Made by a program: the position numbers and the translations under genes. Of a DNA stretch of 64,000 nt, positions 38,576 through 51,085 are shown piece by piece (position 1 is the first letter of the stretch; the number at the start of each line of letters is the position of its first letter). The stretch is from assembly GCA_050575255.1 (NCBI GenBank), contig JBNZDD010013725.1, positions 4,685,009 through 4,749,008 of the forward strand, in the 5' to 3' direction. This DNA comes from Harriotta raleighana. Lineage: Eukaryota. Under the pieces are notes generated by a model. It did not search any database. It saw only the letters and a list, made by a program, of their open reading frames with translations, and was not told where the DNA came from.

Positions 38576-40514
38576 GAATAATAGAATCATAGAATTATAC
38601 AGCACAGATGGAAGCTGTTTAGCCCATCGTGTCTCTTTGAAAGATCTACCCAATCAGTCCAACTCCCTCGCACTCTCCCCATGGCCCTGCAAGCATGTCC
38701 TCCCCAATGCCAAAATATTTGTGGATGATAGCAGTGTTGTTTACAATAAGCATCCGACTACAGCGGGAACTTTGCTCCTGAAATAGATTGGGTCAGAATG
38801 GAATCAGTGTGATGTATTTTTGAGTTGCCTTGGAGTCTTATTTGTGAAACAATTCTATTAAACCATGCTGGGTTAACTTTTATAACACTGAGTCTTAAAG
38901 TTAAGTGTTAAGAATTCAGTGTTATACAGCTTCACTCACAAAATAGACAGTCAATTCACTTTTCAGTATGTTCTTTGTAGTGGTTTGAGACATCTCATTG
39001 ATGTGACAAAGTGCTAAATCAAATGAAAGGATTTTTTATTTTAGTTTGTTTCTACTTTTGACCAGTTATTAACTGATGAAGTGAAGTTCACTTTATCTGT
39101 AACTTAGTTATCATAAACAGATATTTCAAATGGTTCGAGCTCTGAGTCTAATTCCCTATGGAGGAAACACTGCCAAGAATGGAACTGAGTCATACAGTCC
39201 AGGAAGACCTCAGGCTTGATTCCAGGTCTGTGTGGAGTTATCTCACCTCTGATTTAATCTCTTTATATATACAGATGGTGAAGATATGTAATAGACTATT
39301 CATGCCGCCAACAGATGCAGGATTAGGTCACTAAATAGAAGAAGTTTATTCGATTGTGCAATTAAGATAGTGTTGAACTTTTTAACTGTAGGGCTGGATA
39401 GACTGTAATGAAGTACCTCAAACAAGAGTAAGCTACTGGGCACGGGGAAAGGGCAGGTAAATAAGACTGAAAGAATTGCTTTTAAAAGAGTTAGCACAGA
39501 CATTATGGGGCAAATATCTCCTTCTGTGCTGTAAATTTCTATAGTTTTACAGTCCTTTCCAGTCCTGACCTATATTTCTATGGTCAGGGTATGTTCACCC
39601 ACAAAATATACAGTCAATTAATTTCATAGTATATTCTGTGAAGCACTTTGAGACACCTCAAAGACTTGATTAGGCGCTATATAAGTTAATTATATCAAAT
39701 GCAAGGATTACTATTTCCACATTTATCATCAGTGTCCTGGACCATGGAGAGAAAAGATAGTCAGGATTTTGGTCCTTTGAACGCTGTTGGAAAGTTGAGT
39801 ATGTGGACATTGGGTGAAGCTTCTCTGTGAAGTTTGTTAGTTAGTTAGGTCACCTCTCCATTATGAGTGGTTAGACTCGTATATAAAGAACTGTCACTTG
39901 GATGACACTTGTATGGAGGCCTATGAAGCTGTATGCCCACATGAGTGATTCCCCTTGAGGGGAAGACAAGGGCAACAAGAAGTAAATTGTAATGAAAAGT
40001 TCAGATGAAAACACTCCACTCCTTGAAGAATCTAATCCATACAATATCCATTGATTTCTAAGGGGATTCTCCCTCTCCTATGTCTATGCAGAATATATCG
40101 TAAAGTGGATTGACTGTGTATTTTGCCCACAAATATATATTCACATTATATGCTGTGAAGCTCTTTGAAATGCTTGAACAACGTGATAAGGCGCTATATA
40201 AAATGCAAGGATTATTATTATATTATTATTTATATTATTATACTACACGTGTCACAGTGACTTACGGGAAGGTCAATCAGAAAATAGGTTGTGTGAAGAG
40301 TTGGTCTGATGTATTTCTGGTTTCCTAGTGAAGGGAGTACATGAAACATTGTACAGTGCAAAACCTAAAGCTGAAGCAAAACAGTACAAAACCAAAGCTA
40401 GCACTTAATCAGGGCTGATATTTTACGTAGTATAACTTTGTGGGGAAGATCGGGTCCGCAGATGCACACTCCCCTAACCAAGCCAGTCAGGAACTTGGGT
40501 GTCTTGTTTGACCA

Positions 40515-41122
40515 TGAGCTGTCTCCATCACTGCCTCACCCCTCAGGCTGCTGAAACGCTTACACACGGCTTTGTCACCTCTAGGCTCAACTACAGCAAC
40601 TCCCTCCCTGTCGGCCTCCCCAATTCTTCCCTTCTCAAGCTGCAGATCATCCAAAACTCTGCGGCTCATGTCGTCTCCCATACCAGGCTCCACGACCCCA
40701 TCACTCCCATCCTCGCCCACCTCCACTAGCTCCCCACTCCTCAGAGGATCAAATTCAAGATCCTCAAACTCACTTTCAAGACCTTCCACGACCTTGCCCC
40801 CTCCTACCCCTCAGACCCGCTGACCCTGTATCAATCTGTCCATTCCCTCCGTTCAGCAGGCTCTGGCTTGCTCCATGTCTCCCAACCGACCAATCCTACC
40901 ATCAGCCTCTCTGCCTTACACTTTGGAACTCCATCTCACAATCCCTTCACCTTGCTCCCTCCCTTGCCTCCTTCAAAGCCGGTCTCAAGACCCTCCTTTT
41001 CGACCATGCCCTGCCTCATGCCAACACTGCCCCCACCCCCCCACGTTTGGTTCCAACCCCTGACAGTCCAGCTCCTCGGGGACGTCCTCCCAACGTGAAA
41101 TGCAATTTTATTGTTGTTGTTA
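40515..41122 (+). mobile_element. L2 LINE 3' fragment (ORF2 C-terminus plus tail)
   Basis: AAETLTHGFVTSRLNYSNSL..LKLQIIQNSAAHVV..PITPILAHLH*; tail stem-loop and (TTG)n. Confidence 0.92.
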
Positions 41123-41838
41123 TTACGATACTTTCAGCATTCTGAGATATAATGCCCACAACATATGCATAAGGGAGAAGGGAATGGAGGGATTAGGATG
41201 GGTGGAGACTCATGTGGAGCATGCACATTGTCTATTGGGGCTGAATAGCTTGTTTTGGTGCTGTGCAAGTTTCTGCTATTCAGTGTAAATTTGCTGAGAT
41301 TGCAGTTTTAAATTCGATCACTAGAGGCAACTGGCATATTTTGGAACATTTTAGTGATTGACTGAAGCAGAAATCAGCTACTGGAATGTTATTGTAAATA
41401 GTTGAGCATCTTTCACGTGCCAACCCTCACATTCACATTTCCTGTAGCTTTACACGCTTTCACTCCTGACGTCCTCTAAAAAAAATGACTTGCTCTGATA
41501 TATATACTTGGATAAATACCTAAATAAGGAATAAACTACAGTAGCAAAGGCGAACAGCCAAGTAAATGGAACCAAAAGGTTTTCTCTTAAAAGAGGCAGC
41601 AGATAGGCTGAATTGAATTCTTCTGTGCTGTCATTTTCTATGTTTCTATTTAGTGACACTTCAATTGTTCTTCCTTGACCAGCGCTTCGGGACGTCCTCC
41701 TGACTTGAAAAGCGCAATACAAATGTTATCTGTTGTTGTTGTTGTTTCATGGGTGGCTGTCAACTTCTTACATTTTACATCTATAAAGCAAACGAATCTG
41801 AAATATAATTCGGATTAAACCCTATAAGCTTTTCTCAC

Positions 41839-42063
41839 CTCCGGGAAATCCGTCCCAAATTTCCAGCCTGTCAAAGCGACACATTCCTTCCCGTGCATTG
41901 TTGTCCGGTTCCAAGTCAAAGCTTCCGAACTTCAGGAGAATCTCTGACATGACGGGCGCAAAGATCATGTACGTGCATTCCAAATTGTTGGGGTACTTTT
42001 CAGGGAATCCTGGAGATCGAATCTCCGCACTTTGCGAAGTGTAGTTCCTGGAACATTCGGGCC
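41839..42063 (-). CDS. nrp1: Neuropilin-1 internal exon (equivalent to exon 4; CUB2/a2 domain)
   Basis: Translates GPECSRNYTSQSAEIRSPGFPEKYPNNLECTYMIFAPVMSEILLKFGSFDLEPDNNAREGMCRFDRLEIWDGFPG. Acceptor ttttacattgcag|GG, donor GGAG|gtgag; 225 nt, phase 1-1, in frame with flanking exons. Confidence 0.97.
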
Positions 42064-42091
42064 CTGCAATGTAAAACAATTGATTAGTGAC

Positions 42092-42270
42092 CAATAACTA
42101 ATAACACGCGTAAACTGATCGATATCACATGCTATCTGACTAACAATACACGCAGGCTCATCAATAATTCATGTAAACTCATCGATAGCACATGAAATAC
42201 ATGCAGACTCACCAATAATACTCAGATTCACCATTAACTCATGCTCATTCACACGATAACATATGCGCAG
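42092..42270. repeat. Degenerate minisatellite of about 21 nt directly upstream (sense) of the exon 4 acceptor
   Basis: Recurring (a/g)ata(a)cacatgcagactcatc-like units. Confidence 0.6.
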
Positions 42271-43228
42271 TCCCAAAGCCTTGCATTGGAGTTACTATAA
42301 TAATCCTTCCATTTAATATGGCGCCTTATAATGTTTCAAAGCACTTCAGAGTACATCGTCAAGTGAATTGACTGTATGTTTTAACTGTATAGAAATTTTC
42401 AAAGTGAAGCCATTCGGCCTATGATGTTTGTACTATTATTACCTGTATGATCACTGTTCATTATTCATCCCATTTTCTAACTCTTTCCCCATAAATAAAT
42501 CAAACATAATAATTTGGTTACTCAATCTATGACTGTTTGCTGTGAGTAATTGACTGCCATGTTTCATCCACAAAATATTCAGTCAAACCTGGGAAGTGCT
42601 ATGAGATGTGATAATGTGTTATATGTGTTGTATCAAAACACAAGGATTATTATTTTTGCCCTTCATCCAGTACCTTCCTGGTCTCTGTGAATCAGTTTCC
42701 CACTGGACAGTAATGGAACCATCAAGGGAGCATTTTGACACAACTGTTTAAAGAACTCAGGGAAAAAATTCAATATTTCTAATTGGATTCTCTAATAAAT
42801 AATGAGTCGTACAATTGGGAGTCTCATTATGGTAACCAAAAATGTGTTGCTTTGCAGAAATATGTTCTGTCATAATTTACAATGCATTATTATACAACTT
42901 AATTTATATAGAGCACCTTCTACGTTGGGAGGATATCCCAAAATGCTTGACGCTGCTGGCTGGGCAGCTAAGCAAGCTGGGGGTGGATGCCAAGATGGAG
43001 GGGGATGCCAAGATGGAGGGGGGAAAAATGACTGAAAAAGTCACGGAAGTACATCTTGAGATGAAATATCGAACTAGGCAAGAGAGGATTTACTTCCAGA
43101 GTGTAATCCAATTGAGATTCCTTATTCAGAACCCTTCCCATGTTTTATTAATATAGGTACATGTAGAAACACTGCAGGAAGACTTCATGGGTGAGACCGT
43201 ATAGCCCATCTTTTGCTTCCATGTACCA

Positions 43229-43734
43229 GTGTAGCTTAGTGGTTAGAGCATTCGCCTTAGTAAAGCGAAAGACCTGGATTCGATTCCAGGCAGGGCAAAA
43301 TTTTACAAGGGCAAGTTTCCTTACTCCACAACCCTAATAATAATCCCTCCAATTTTTTTTTAAAATTGGTCATTTTCAATCCACAACTGTTTGTGGACAT
43401 TATTTGTGCAATTGGCTGCTGCGTTTCTCTCACAAAATATACAGTCAATTCACTTTACAGAATAGTACATACCATCGGTCACCCTAAATCCCCCCACTTT
43501 TTCTTACACCCTCCCCGTCCCCAACCCCAGCTCGGTTCTGAAACAATGACTGTCCAGTGCCTTGGGATGTCCTCCTGACGTGAAAGATGCTATACAAGTG
43601 TGATTTTGTTGTTGTATTCGGTGAAGCGCTTTGAGATGTCCAGAGGACGTGAAACGCACCATATCAAATGCAAGGATTACTACTGTATTATTATTATTAT
43701 TAATTCACGTCTCTTGTGCATCTGTGTAATGAAT
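43229..43734 (+). mobile_element. Young tRNA SINE interrupted by an L2 3' fragment (about 43471-43614) and carrying a 3' extension
   Basis: tgtagcttagtggttagagc..ttcgattcc head. The SINE body breaks at tttacagaata and resumes at tattcggtgaagcgc. Confidence 0.88.
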
Positions 43735-44969
43735 GCTCTTGTGTGTCCTCTTGTACCTCACAGTGGAAATCCCAAATGGCATCTACACCAATAGCTTAAG
43801 AATAAGTAAAAAGGCAAATTGGGTGTAGAATTTCCATCCATATAAACAATACCATATGTAAATATTCACAGCTTGACTGAAAGTAGGGACTTACGTCACT
43901 TAATAAGTGAATAAAGAAAATAAACAAAGAAGATGACAAGTTTGCCAGAATTGGCCCAGTGCATGGAATAGTCTATCAGATCAGCACCTGATACTGAGAG
44001 CAGTCCACAATTCATTGAAGTACATTACAACCAAATAGTAAACCAGCGGAGCTTTCTTACTCCACAATGGTTCTGGCCTTTGACACAAAAGCATGTTTCT
44101 TAAGGTTTAACAGCTTGGCTTTATGTGACATCTAGCAATAAATATAATGGCATTCCTAATCCAGCACAGCACGAGGGTTAGGCATGTGTGGTGTTTAGGA
44201 ATTTCAGCTGCCCGCTGAAGAAACAGTAATTGCACCTTTCCGGCTGTTAATTTAAATTTTAGAGCAGGTTTTATGTGAGAAGGGCAGTATTTCACTGAAA
44301 CCAGTGGGATGCACAGGTCTGAGCGAGCTGAGCATTGCGGCACTGACTTTCCACTGGGACTGCTTGCCACTGCCTACCAGATGCAACCTATCATGCACTG
44401 ACACATGGGGGCATCAACTCTAATGTGTACAGCATGTGGCTACAGGCGGGTTTCCGAGCGGGAGAGTATTGATACAGCTGCTGTTGTGTAGTGTTGGGAG
44501 AAAAAAATGCAATGATAAATCTAGGCTGTTAGTGGAAGTTCTACATGCGCTCAGTGATACATCTCTCCTTATTCTAAGCAACACTGGGAAGAATCATTGT
44601 GCCTCTGAAGTTTTATTTTAAAGTGCCGTGTCAGCTATTTCTGTTTGACCACTCAAAACAAGTCTAGCAGAGGCAATGTGTGGTCTTTTGTGAGTGTGGC
44701 ACCTGACTAATGGACCATTGCTGTTCTGATGTTTAATTTTTCTAAGGATTAGCTCCTCTAAGTAGCTTTAGGAGCCACTACACGGTGCAGGCCATTAAGT
44801 GATAATCAAATGCACTTAGTTGCGTTTCTCATTTGCATGCCCTGTGGTGATTTAGCACGTTCCACTGTTAGGAAATGAGTATTAACTCCCTTGGAATCAA
44901 TCTCTTTACGCACAAAGTTGGCACAGTTGCTGACAACACATGTAGAAATCGAAGACTGGAAAGAATTAG

Positions 44970-45170
44970 CAGTGTGTGTACATGTGATTTGTGTTGTGTG
45001 TCTTATTATTATGTGTGTGTGTGTGTATGTGTATAATCCTATAGTGTGTTGTAAGTGTGAGTGTGTTATGTGTGTTGTGAATGCATTTTATGAATGCACT
45101 GTGTGTGATGCTATGTGTGTTGTGTGGATGTTTGTATGTTATGTGAGTATGTTGTGTTGTGAAGTTTGTA
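44970..45170. repeat. Degenerate (TG)n microsatellite
   Basis: tgtgtg-rich run of about 200 nt. Confidence 0.85.
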
Positions 45171-46124
45171 TTCATTAAGCGCTCGCTCCCAGACCTACTT
45201 TGTGGGGAGGGTGGTACATAATTGCAAGTTGCTGTTGTTATTGTATGCGTGAAGTCAATGCATGACGAATCAAGTGTAGAGCATGTGCATGACACCTGCT
45301 GGATGTGCTCAGGACAAAGTAACTGGTATAAAGAATCAGGTAATTTCCATCCTATTCATAGTGGTCCTATCCCCAGATCTGTACTTGTCCAGAGGTTCTT
45401 GTGTTTTGTGGTTACAGCTTTCAGTTTGTATGTTCATGCCAGTAAATCACCCGTTGAGTGTGGGAATTCAGTCACGAGAAGCAGAAACCTCTGAAGACAA
45501 CCAAATTGGCATTCAGATCTATGTTTCACCATTTATTTCAAATAATTAGGCAGAAATTATGACAGATTAGCAATGGAGAGAGTGAATACGACTTGATCTA
45601 ATTAATACTACTCGATGAGAAGGACTGTGCTTTTATTAAATTAATATTAAACTTTCAACCTTCCTTCAGGCTAAATGAATTCTGACATGTAATATTCGCT
45701 GGCAGCACACACTCCCTGCTTTGTTATCGCTGCAATGCTAATCATGTCTTCAGGTGTCAAGAAAATCAAATTACGATCAAAATTAACTTTTAACTTACTC
45801 AAACGCCTTTTACTTTTCATTTAGGCTTGAGGAACTGACAATTTGTCTTCCACATTGAACGGCAGTAACCTCCCATAAAGAGTTCTTGTCTAAATGCTAG
45901 CGACTTGCACAATCACTCTGACTTGCAAAACGTGTCTACTCTCCTGTACATTTAAACTGTGATTCCCTTGACATGGAGGAGAGCTTCGCTGCAGGATTCT
46001 GCTCTCTCGCCCTGCGAGCTGCACATAGCCTAATTAATACTGATCCCCTTGATTGAAAAGCCATCAAGGAAAATGAATGATCTGTGCTGTTATAGTATTT
46101 GATATGGTTATTAATAATAGTAGT

Positions 46125-46530
46125 TCTTACATTTTATATAGCACCTTTCACATTGGGACAATGCATCAACACACTTCATAGGATACCTTGTAAAGTGTAG
46201 TGACTGAGTTTTTTTGTAAGTGAATGCAGCAGTCAATTTGCACACAGCAATTTCCCACTTATTTTATCTTGGAAGATTGTTGACCACCGTGAAAAATCTC
46301 ACCTCTTTTCCAATAGTGCCCTGAGATCACTAACTTCCACCTGAACAGGTAAATAGGTCCTTGGTTAAACATCTAATCCAAACAATGGCATCTCCAACTA
46401 TGCAATACACTACCAAGCATTGCATTGTAGTGTCAACTGAGATGGTAATTTCAAAGCCCTGACTTGGGGCTTGAACCTAAAACCTTCTGACTCAAGAGGT
46501 AAGCGTGTTACCAATTATACCAGGCTGACA
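46125..46530 (-). mobile_element. Old Deu-domain SINE
   Basis: Tail, ccacctgaacagg core, ttgaacc..ccttctgactc..ccaggctgaca head. Confidence 0.75.
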
Positions 46531-49297
46531 ACCTACTTTGAAGTATGCCCTGTGTCCTGTGTGTGTGTGGAAACGCCTCAGCAAGGTGACTGAGGTTGCT
46601 CACTGGTATCTCCAATAAATTGATAGGACAAATGAGAAAAGTGTCTTTTATGTACACGGACAGGAGATACTGGGTTCTAATTTGCAACGATTTCTAATGG
46701 GATTCCCTAATAAGGAAACAAAGTGCACCAAGGGGCATCCTGCTCTGAGGCAATCTACTTTCGGAGTGGAGATGCCTTTCGTCAGCGTGAAATCCGTGAC
46801 ATACATCTGGCAACTGTGAAAAAACCCTCACTTATCTTCCTAAACAGACTGTTTAAAATCTTTATTAACAAATATCACTCATAATCGGCACGTGTTAGAC
46901 CCAACTGTCAGGAAAGGAATATCCAAAGCCCTCTTTCAAAAACAGATTAAGGAGCTTGCTTTTCTAAATCGTGCACGAGAGAAAAAACAACAGAACGTAG
47001 AATAATTCAGTTATATCAGCAAAGCAGAATCCTATTATTTAAATGATGCAATCTGAGATAACCTCCAGTGTTTCCGGGCCATGAACAGGGTCATTCTGTT
47101 TCCAGCTCCTAATCTTTATGTATTATTTCTCCAGTTCCATTTTAAAATTCCTGATTTCTCTCCCTCTCTGTATTAAACTGCTACATAATTCATCTCTGGA
47201 GAGCAGCACTCCGCCCTCCCACTCACAGGGCTCACTCTGCCTCCCACCAGCAGTCTGGAGATAATACTCAGCTTCCGTTCAGTAACTGAAGACCAAAAGG
47301 AAACGGCTGTTGCTTGCGATTTCGATGCGTTTTCCTTATGAAGCGTCTAAGACATTAACTTACAAGTTGTAATTGTTAACTTTCTAAACCTCTGTGTCCC
47401 TCCACAAGATTGAGTCAAAATCCGCAGTAAATATGTCCACCTCTCCTGGCTCGCTGAGGTTCGGTTCTGGTCACCTGGACATGGGTCATAGCTGGACACC
47501 CGGAAGTATTTATTTACACAGAATATCTGATGCTGATTACCAGGAAGAATGGCAAATACCAGAATCCATTTAAGAAACAATTTGAAGCTGTGATGGGAAG
47601 AAAAGTTCTGGTCAACGTGACACTAAGTGGGCTGATCAGACTCTAGGGTCAATGCCAACTAGAACAAAGGTTCAGTCCTTTGCTTTACAGCCATGGGCTA
47701 AAGCCAGATAAACTAGGCTCACTCTTTAATCACGAAAAGAGATATCTCAGAACAGACATCATTGAGCGAGATACATAATGGAACAGAGGAAGCAATCTCA
47801 CCGATATAAATGGATGAGATCTGAATGAGCTTAGATATGAATGAATGTATATGTAAGGTGAGGACTTTGAAGTTGATACTAATGGGATCTCTAGTGACCT
47901 ATTTGCATCTTGTTAGACCAACAACAGCAATGGGGGTGGGAGGGTAGATCTCTCTCAAGGGAGGAGGGTACATGTGATCATGCAAAAACAGGCACTGTGT
48001 GAGTGGGAGGGAGGGCCAGTCTTATGATGAGACATGTAGCACTAAAGCACAGTTCAAAATGATGCTGGGCACCAGTTTCAGCCTTGCATAGCTACATTTG
48101 ATAATTGGACCCCAATATTGAAGAAAACCTCATTATTTTCACTGGTCACTAAGTCTGTGACAAGAGGTCATCAATTTAAGACAGTTAGCAAATAAGGAGG
48201 TTAGGATTTTTTTTCATGAACAGAGTATGCAATGCGCTGATACATTGACTGTCCAGCTCCTTGGGACATCCTCCTGACGTGAAAGGCACAATACAAGTAC
48301 TGTATTGTATAATTTTGTTGTCATTGCGGTTCTGCAGTAATTGAAGCAGAATCCATATTAGCACTCTAGATAGATACAACAGTAACAAATTATATTTGTA
48401 TAGTGCCTTTCACTCTGGGTGATCCAAGGCATTAGATAATCAAAGATTTGTACCTGAGCTTTGGAAGAATTGGAATCAGGAGCGATAGAGGGCATGGGGT
48501 GTGGGGGTAGGAGGATGACCAAAGGCTGGGTCAAAGAGAAGAGTCTTGAGACAGGCCTTGAAGGAGGCAAGCAGGGGGAAGAAGCAAAGATATCTGAAAG
48601 CAAGTAAACTACAGGGGGATAGAGAAGAGGCAGGATTAAATGTGATTAAAAGGATTGCTATTCAAAGTGCCAGCACAGACATGATGGGCCAAATAGCCTT
48701 CTGAGCTGTAAATTCCTATGGTTCTATGCTTCCAAAACAATATCCTCAACACAGCCCTCGATTTGTTCAGAAGCAAATTGTGACTCAAGAGGGTATTCTT
48801 CCAAGATCTGTTTATAAACTTGGCTCCCGTCTTTTTTTTTTAACTTGGGCAGCATTAAAGCTTAACAGAATCCAGACATCTTCAATGATGCCAAAGAAGA
48901 ATACAGTCCTCAATATTATTGTGAGGCTCCACCACCCCTCAGATGGTTAAGATTTCAATTTTCAATATCATTTATAATAATAAATCACAAATTTAGTGCT
49001 TAGAAATAGCGCTTAGAAATGCCAAAGTGCTTCATGGGGAATTGATATATTTTACCCGNTTTAGTGCTTAGAAATAGCGCTTAGAAATGCCAAAGTGCTT
49101 CATGGGGAATTGATATATTTTGCCCGCATAGATACAGTCAATTCACTTTACAGTATATTCTGTGAAGCGCTTTGAGATGTCTAGAAGACATGAAAAGCGC
49201 TATATCAAATGCAAGGATTATTATTATTTGTGTATTTGTTAGACCAATTTGGCAGTTATTTTTCTGCACATAGCAAGGTCCTGCAAACTGGGCTGAA

Positions 49298-49637
49298 ATA
49301 ATAATAAGAATAATAATCCTTGCATTTGATATAGCGCTTTTCACATCTTATCAACGTCCCAAAGCGCTTCACAGAATATACTGTAAAGTGAATTGACTGT
49401 ATATTTGTGGGCGGAACGCGGCCGCCAATTGCGCACAGCAGTGTCCCACAAACAGTCGTGGATTGAAATGACCAATTTTATTATTGTGGTTTTTTTTGGA
49501 GGGATTATTATTAGGCATGTGGAGTAAGGAAACTTGCCCAAGGTTTCACCCTGATCTGCCTGGATTCGAACACAGGTCTCATGCTTGTAAGGCTTGTAAG
49601 GCGAGTGCTCTAACCACTGAGCCACAGGAGCTCCACA
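49298..49637 (-). mobile_element. Young tRNA SINE, full length; an inverted partial copy lies at about 49125-49228
   Basis: Intact A box and near-consensus B box, body and (TTA)n tail. Confidence 0.92.
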
Positions 49638-49816
49638 ATGCAGTGGAGTCTGGATCTCACACTCATAGGGATTGAACTCACTAATTTCTGCACTAAAGGT
49701 GAGATTTGGTGCCCACTGAGCCAGACTGCTATTTCTAATTCTATAAGAGGCAGCAACAAAAAAACCTACGGGGTGCAAAGGTTTTGAGTCTTTTATTAAA
49801 TTGAAATACATCATCA

Positions 49817-50650
49817 TGTCAGCCTGGCTCAGTTGGAAGCACTCTCACCTCTATGAGTCAGGAGGTTGTGGATCCAAGCTCCAAATCAGGACTTTGAACT
49901 CACTATGTATTCACCTACAAATCCATAGTCATTGCAACATTAACAACAACTTGGATTTATATAGTGCCCTCCACACCAGTTGGCGACTCAGAGTGCTTCA
50001 CAATAGCGGAACCCGATGCTGAGCCAGCGGGTTGAAAAGAAAGGTCTTCGGGCGCGACTTGACAATGGAAAAGGAAGGGATGAGGAAGAGGGATTGAGGG
50101 AGTGAGTTCCAGAGTTTTGCGGCGTAGTGACTGAAAGCATGGCCGCTGATGGTGGAGTGGAGGATTCGGGGGACAAGGAGGAGGACAGACCCAGTAGAGC
50201 GGAGGCAGTAAGGTACTGCTGTGAGGAGAGAAGACGTTAGAAAGATAGGGGGTTGCAGGAGGAGTGGAGGGATTGAAACACAAGAGTGAGGATCCTGAAG
50301 TCAATCCATTCTGTGGCAGGGAGCCAGTGAAGTCTGGTGAATACTGGGGTAATCGGGGAGCGAAGTTTGGTTCAGGTGGGAACTGCACTAAACAGTAAAT
50401 TTATAATAACACTCTCATCCAGGGCTGGGGAGTGGTACATTGTTGGGGATTCTATTCTTCAGATAAGATGTTAAACCGAGGTCCCAAATCCCTGTTCTAG
50501 TGGATGTTCAAGATCCTATGGCACTATGAAAGAAGAGAGGTTTGGCTGGTGTCTTGACCAACAATCCCTCAGCAAAAATTGGTTAGTGAATTTTTATCTA
50601 TTTGTGGAATACTGCTATATGTAAATTGGCTTCAGTGTTCACCTACAAAG
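49817..50650 (+). mobile_element. Old Deu-SINE split by an L2 3' fragment on the minus strand (about 49940-50388)
   Basis: Head tgtcagcctggctcagttgg at 49817; core gatgttaaaccgaggtccc..gatcctatggcacta resumes at about 50460. L2 gagttccagag..gactgaaagcatggccgctgatggt lies between. Confidence 0.8.
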
Positions 50651-50719
50651 TCAATGTTCACTATGCTACACAATAACTTTATTAAATTGAATTATCACCA
50701 TGACAATTTATTCGCTAGA

Positions 50720-51085
50720 GACGTTTAAGAGGGGACTTAATGGAGCTGTTAAAAATTATAAAAGGGTTCAACAAAGTTAACATAAATTCTGTAGTCTGTT
50801 CCCATTGGTTGTGAGTCCAGCACCAAGGGGGCATAATATAAATAGTGACTTGGAGATCTAAAAGAGAATTTACGATGAACTGCTTCATGCAGAGAGTAGT
50901 GAGATTCTAGAACTCGCTGCCTGAAGTGGTGGTTGAATCAAATAATATAGATGCATTCAAGAGAAAGCTCGACTCTTTTACGAGGGAGAGGTGAGTACTA
51001 GGGCTTGGGAGGGGATGAAGGAATGGGTTGAAGACTCATGTGGAATATAAACTGGTTGAGCCAGAAGGTCTGTTTCCTTGCTATA
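50720..51085 (+). mobile_element. CR1 3' fragment
   Basis: agacgtttaagaggggacttaat..gagagtagtgagattctagaactcgctgcctgaagtggtggt. Confidence 0.75.

Larger units (their letters stand above)
1479..41838 (-). other. nrp1: nrp1 intron (40,360 nt) between the exon 4 and exon 5 equivalents
   Basis: GT..AG boundaries. The flanking exons join in frame (..GFPG/V-GLHIG..) with no neuropilin residues missing. Confidence 0.9.

Noticed and set aside
46755-46785. Minus-strand CTGACGA...GAAA hammerhead-like spacing
   Set aside because: Stem II has only about 2 bp and there is no stem III or NUH; probably chance.
49555-49637. tRNA-like sequence with A and B boxes (also 16481, 24598, 35230, 43229)
   Set aside because: Continues into SINE body and tail, with no acceptor stem closure; SINE heads, not tRNA genes.
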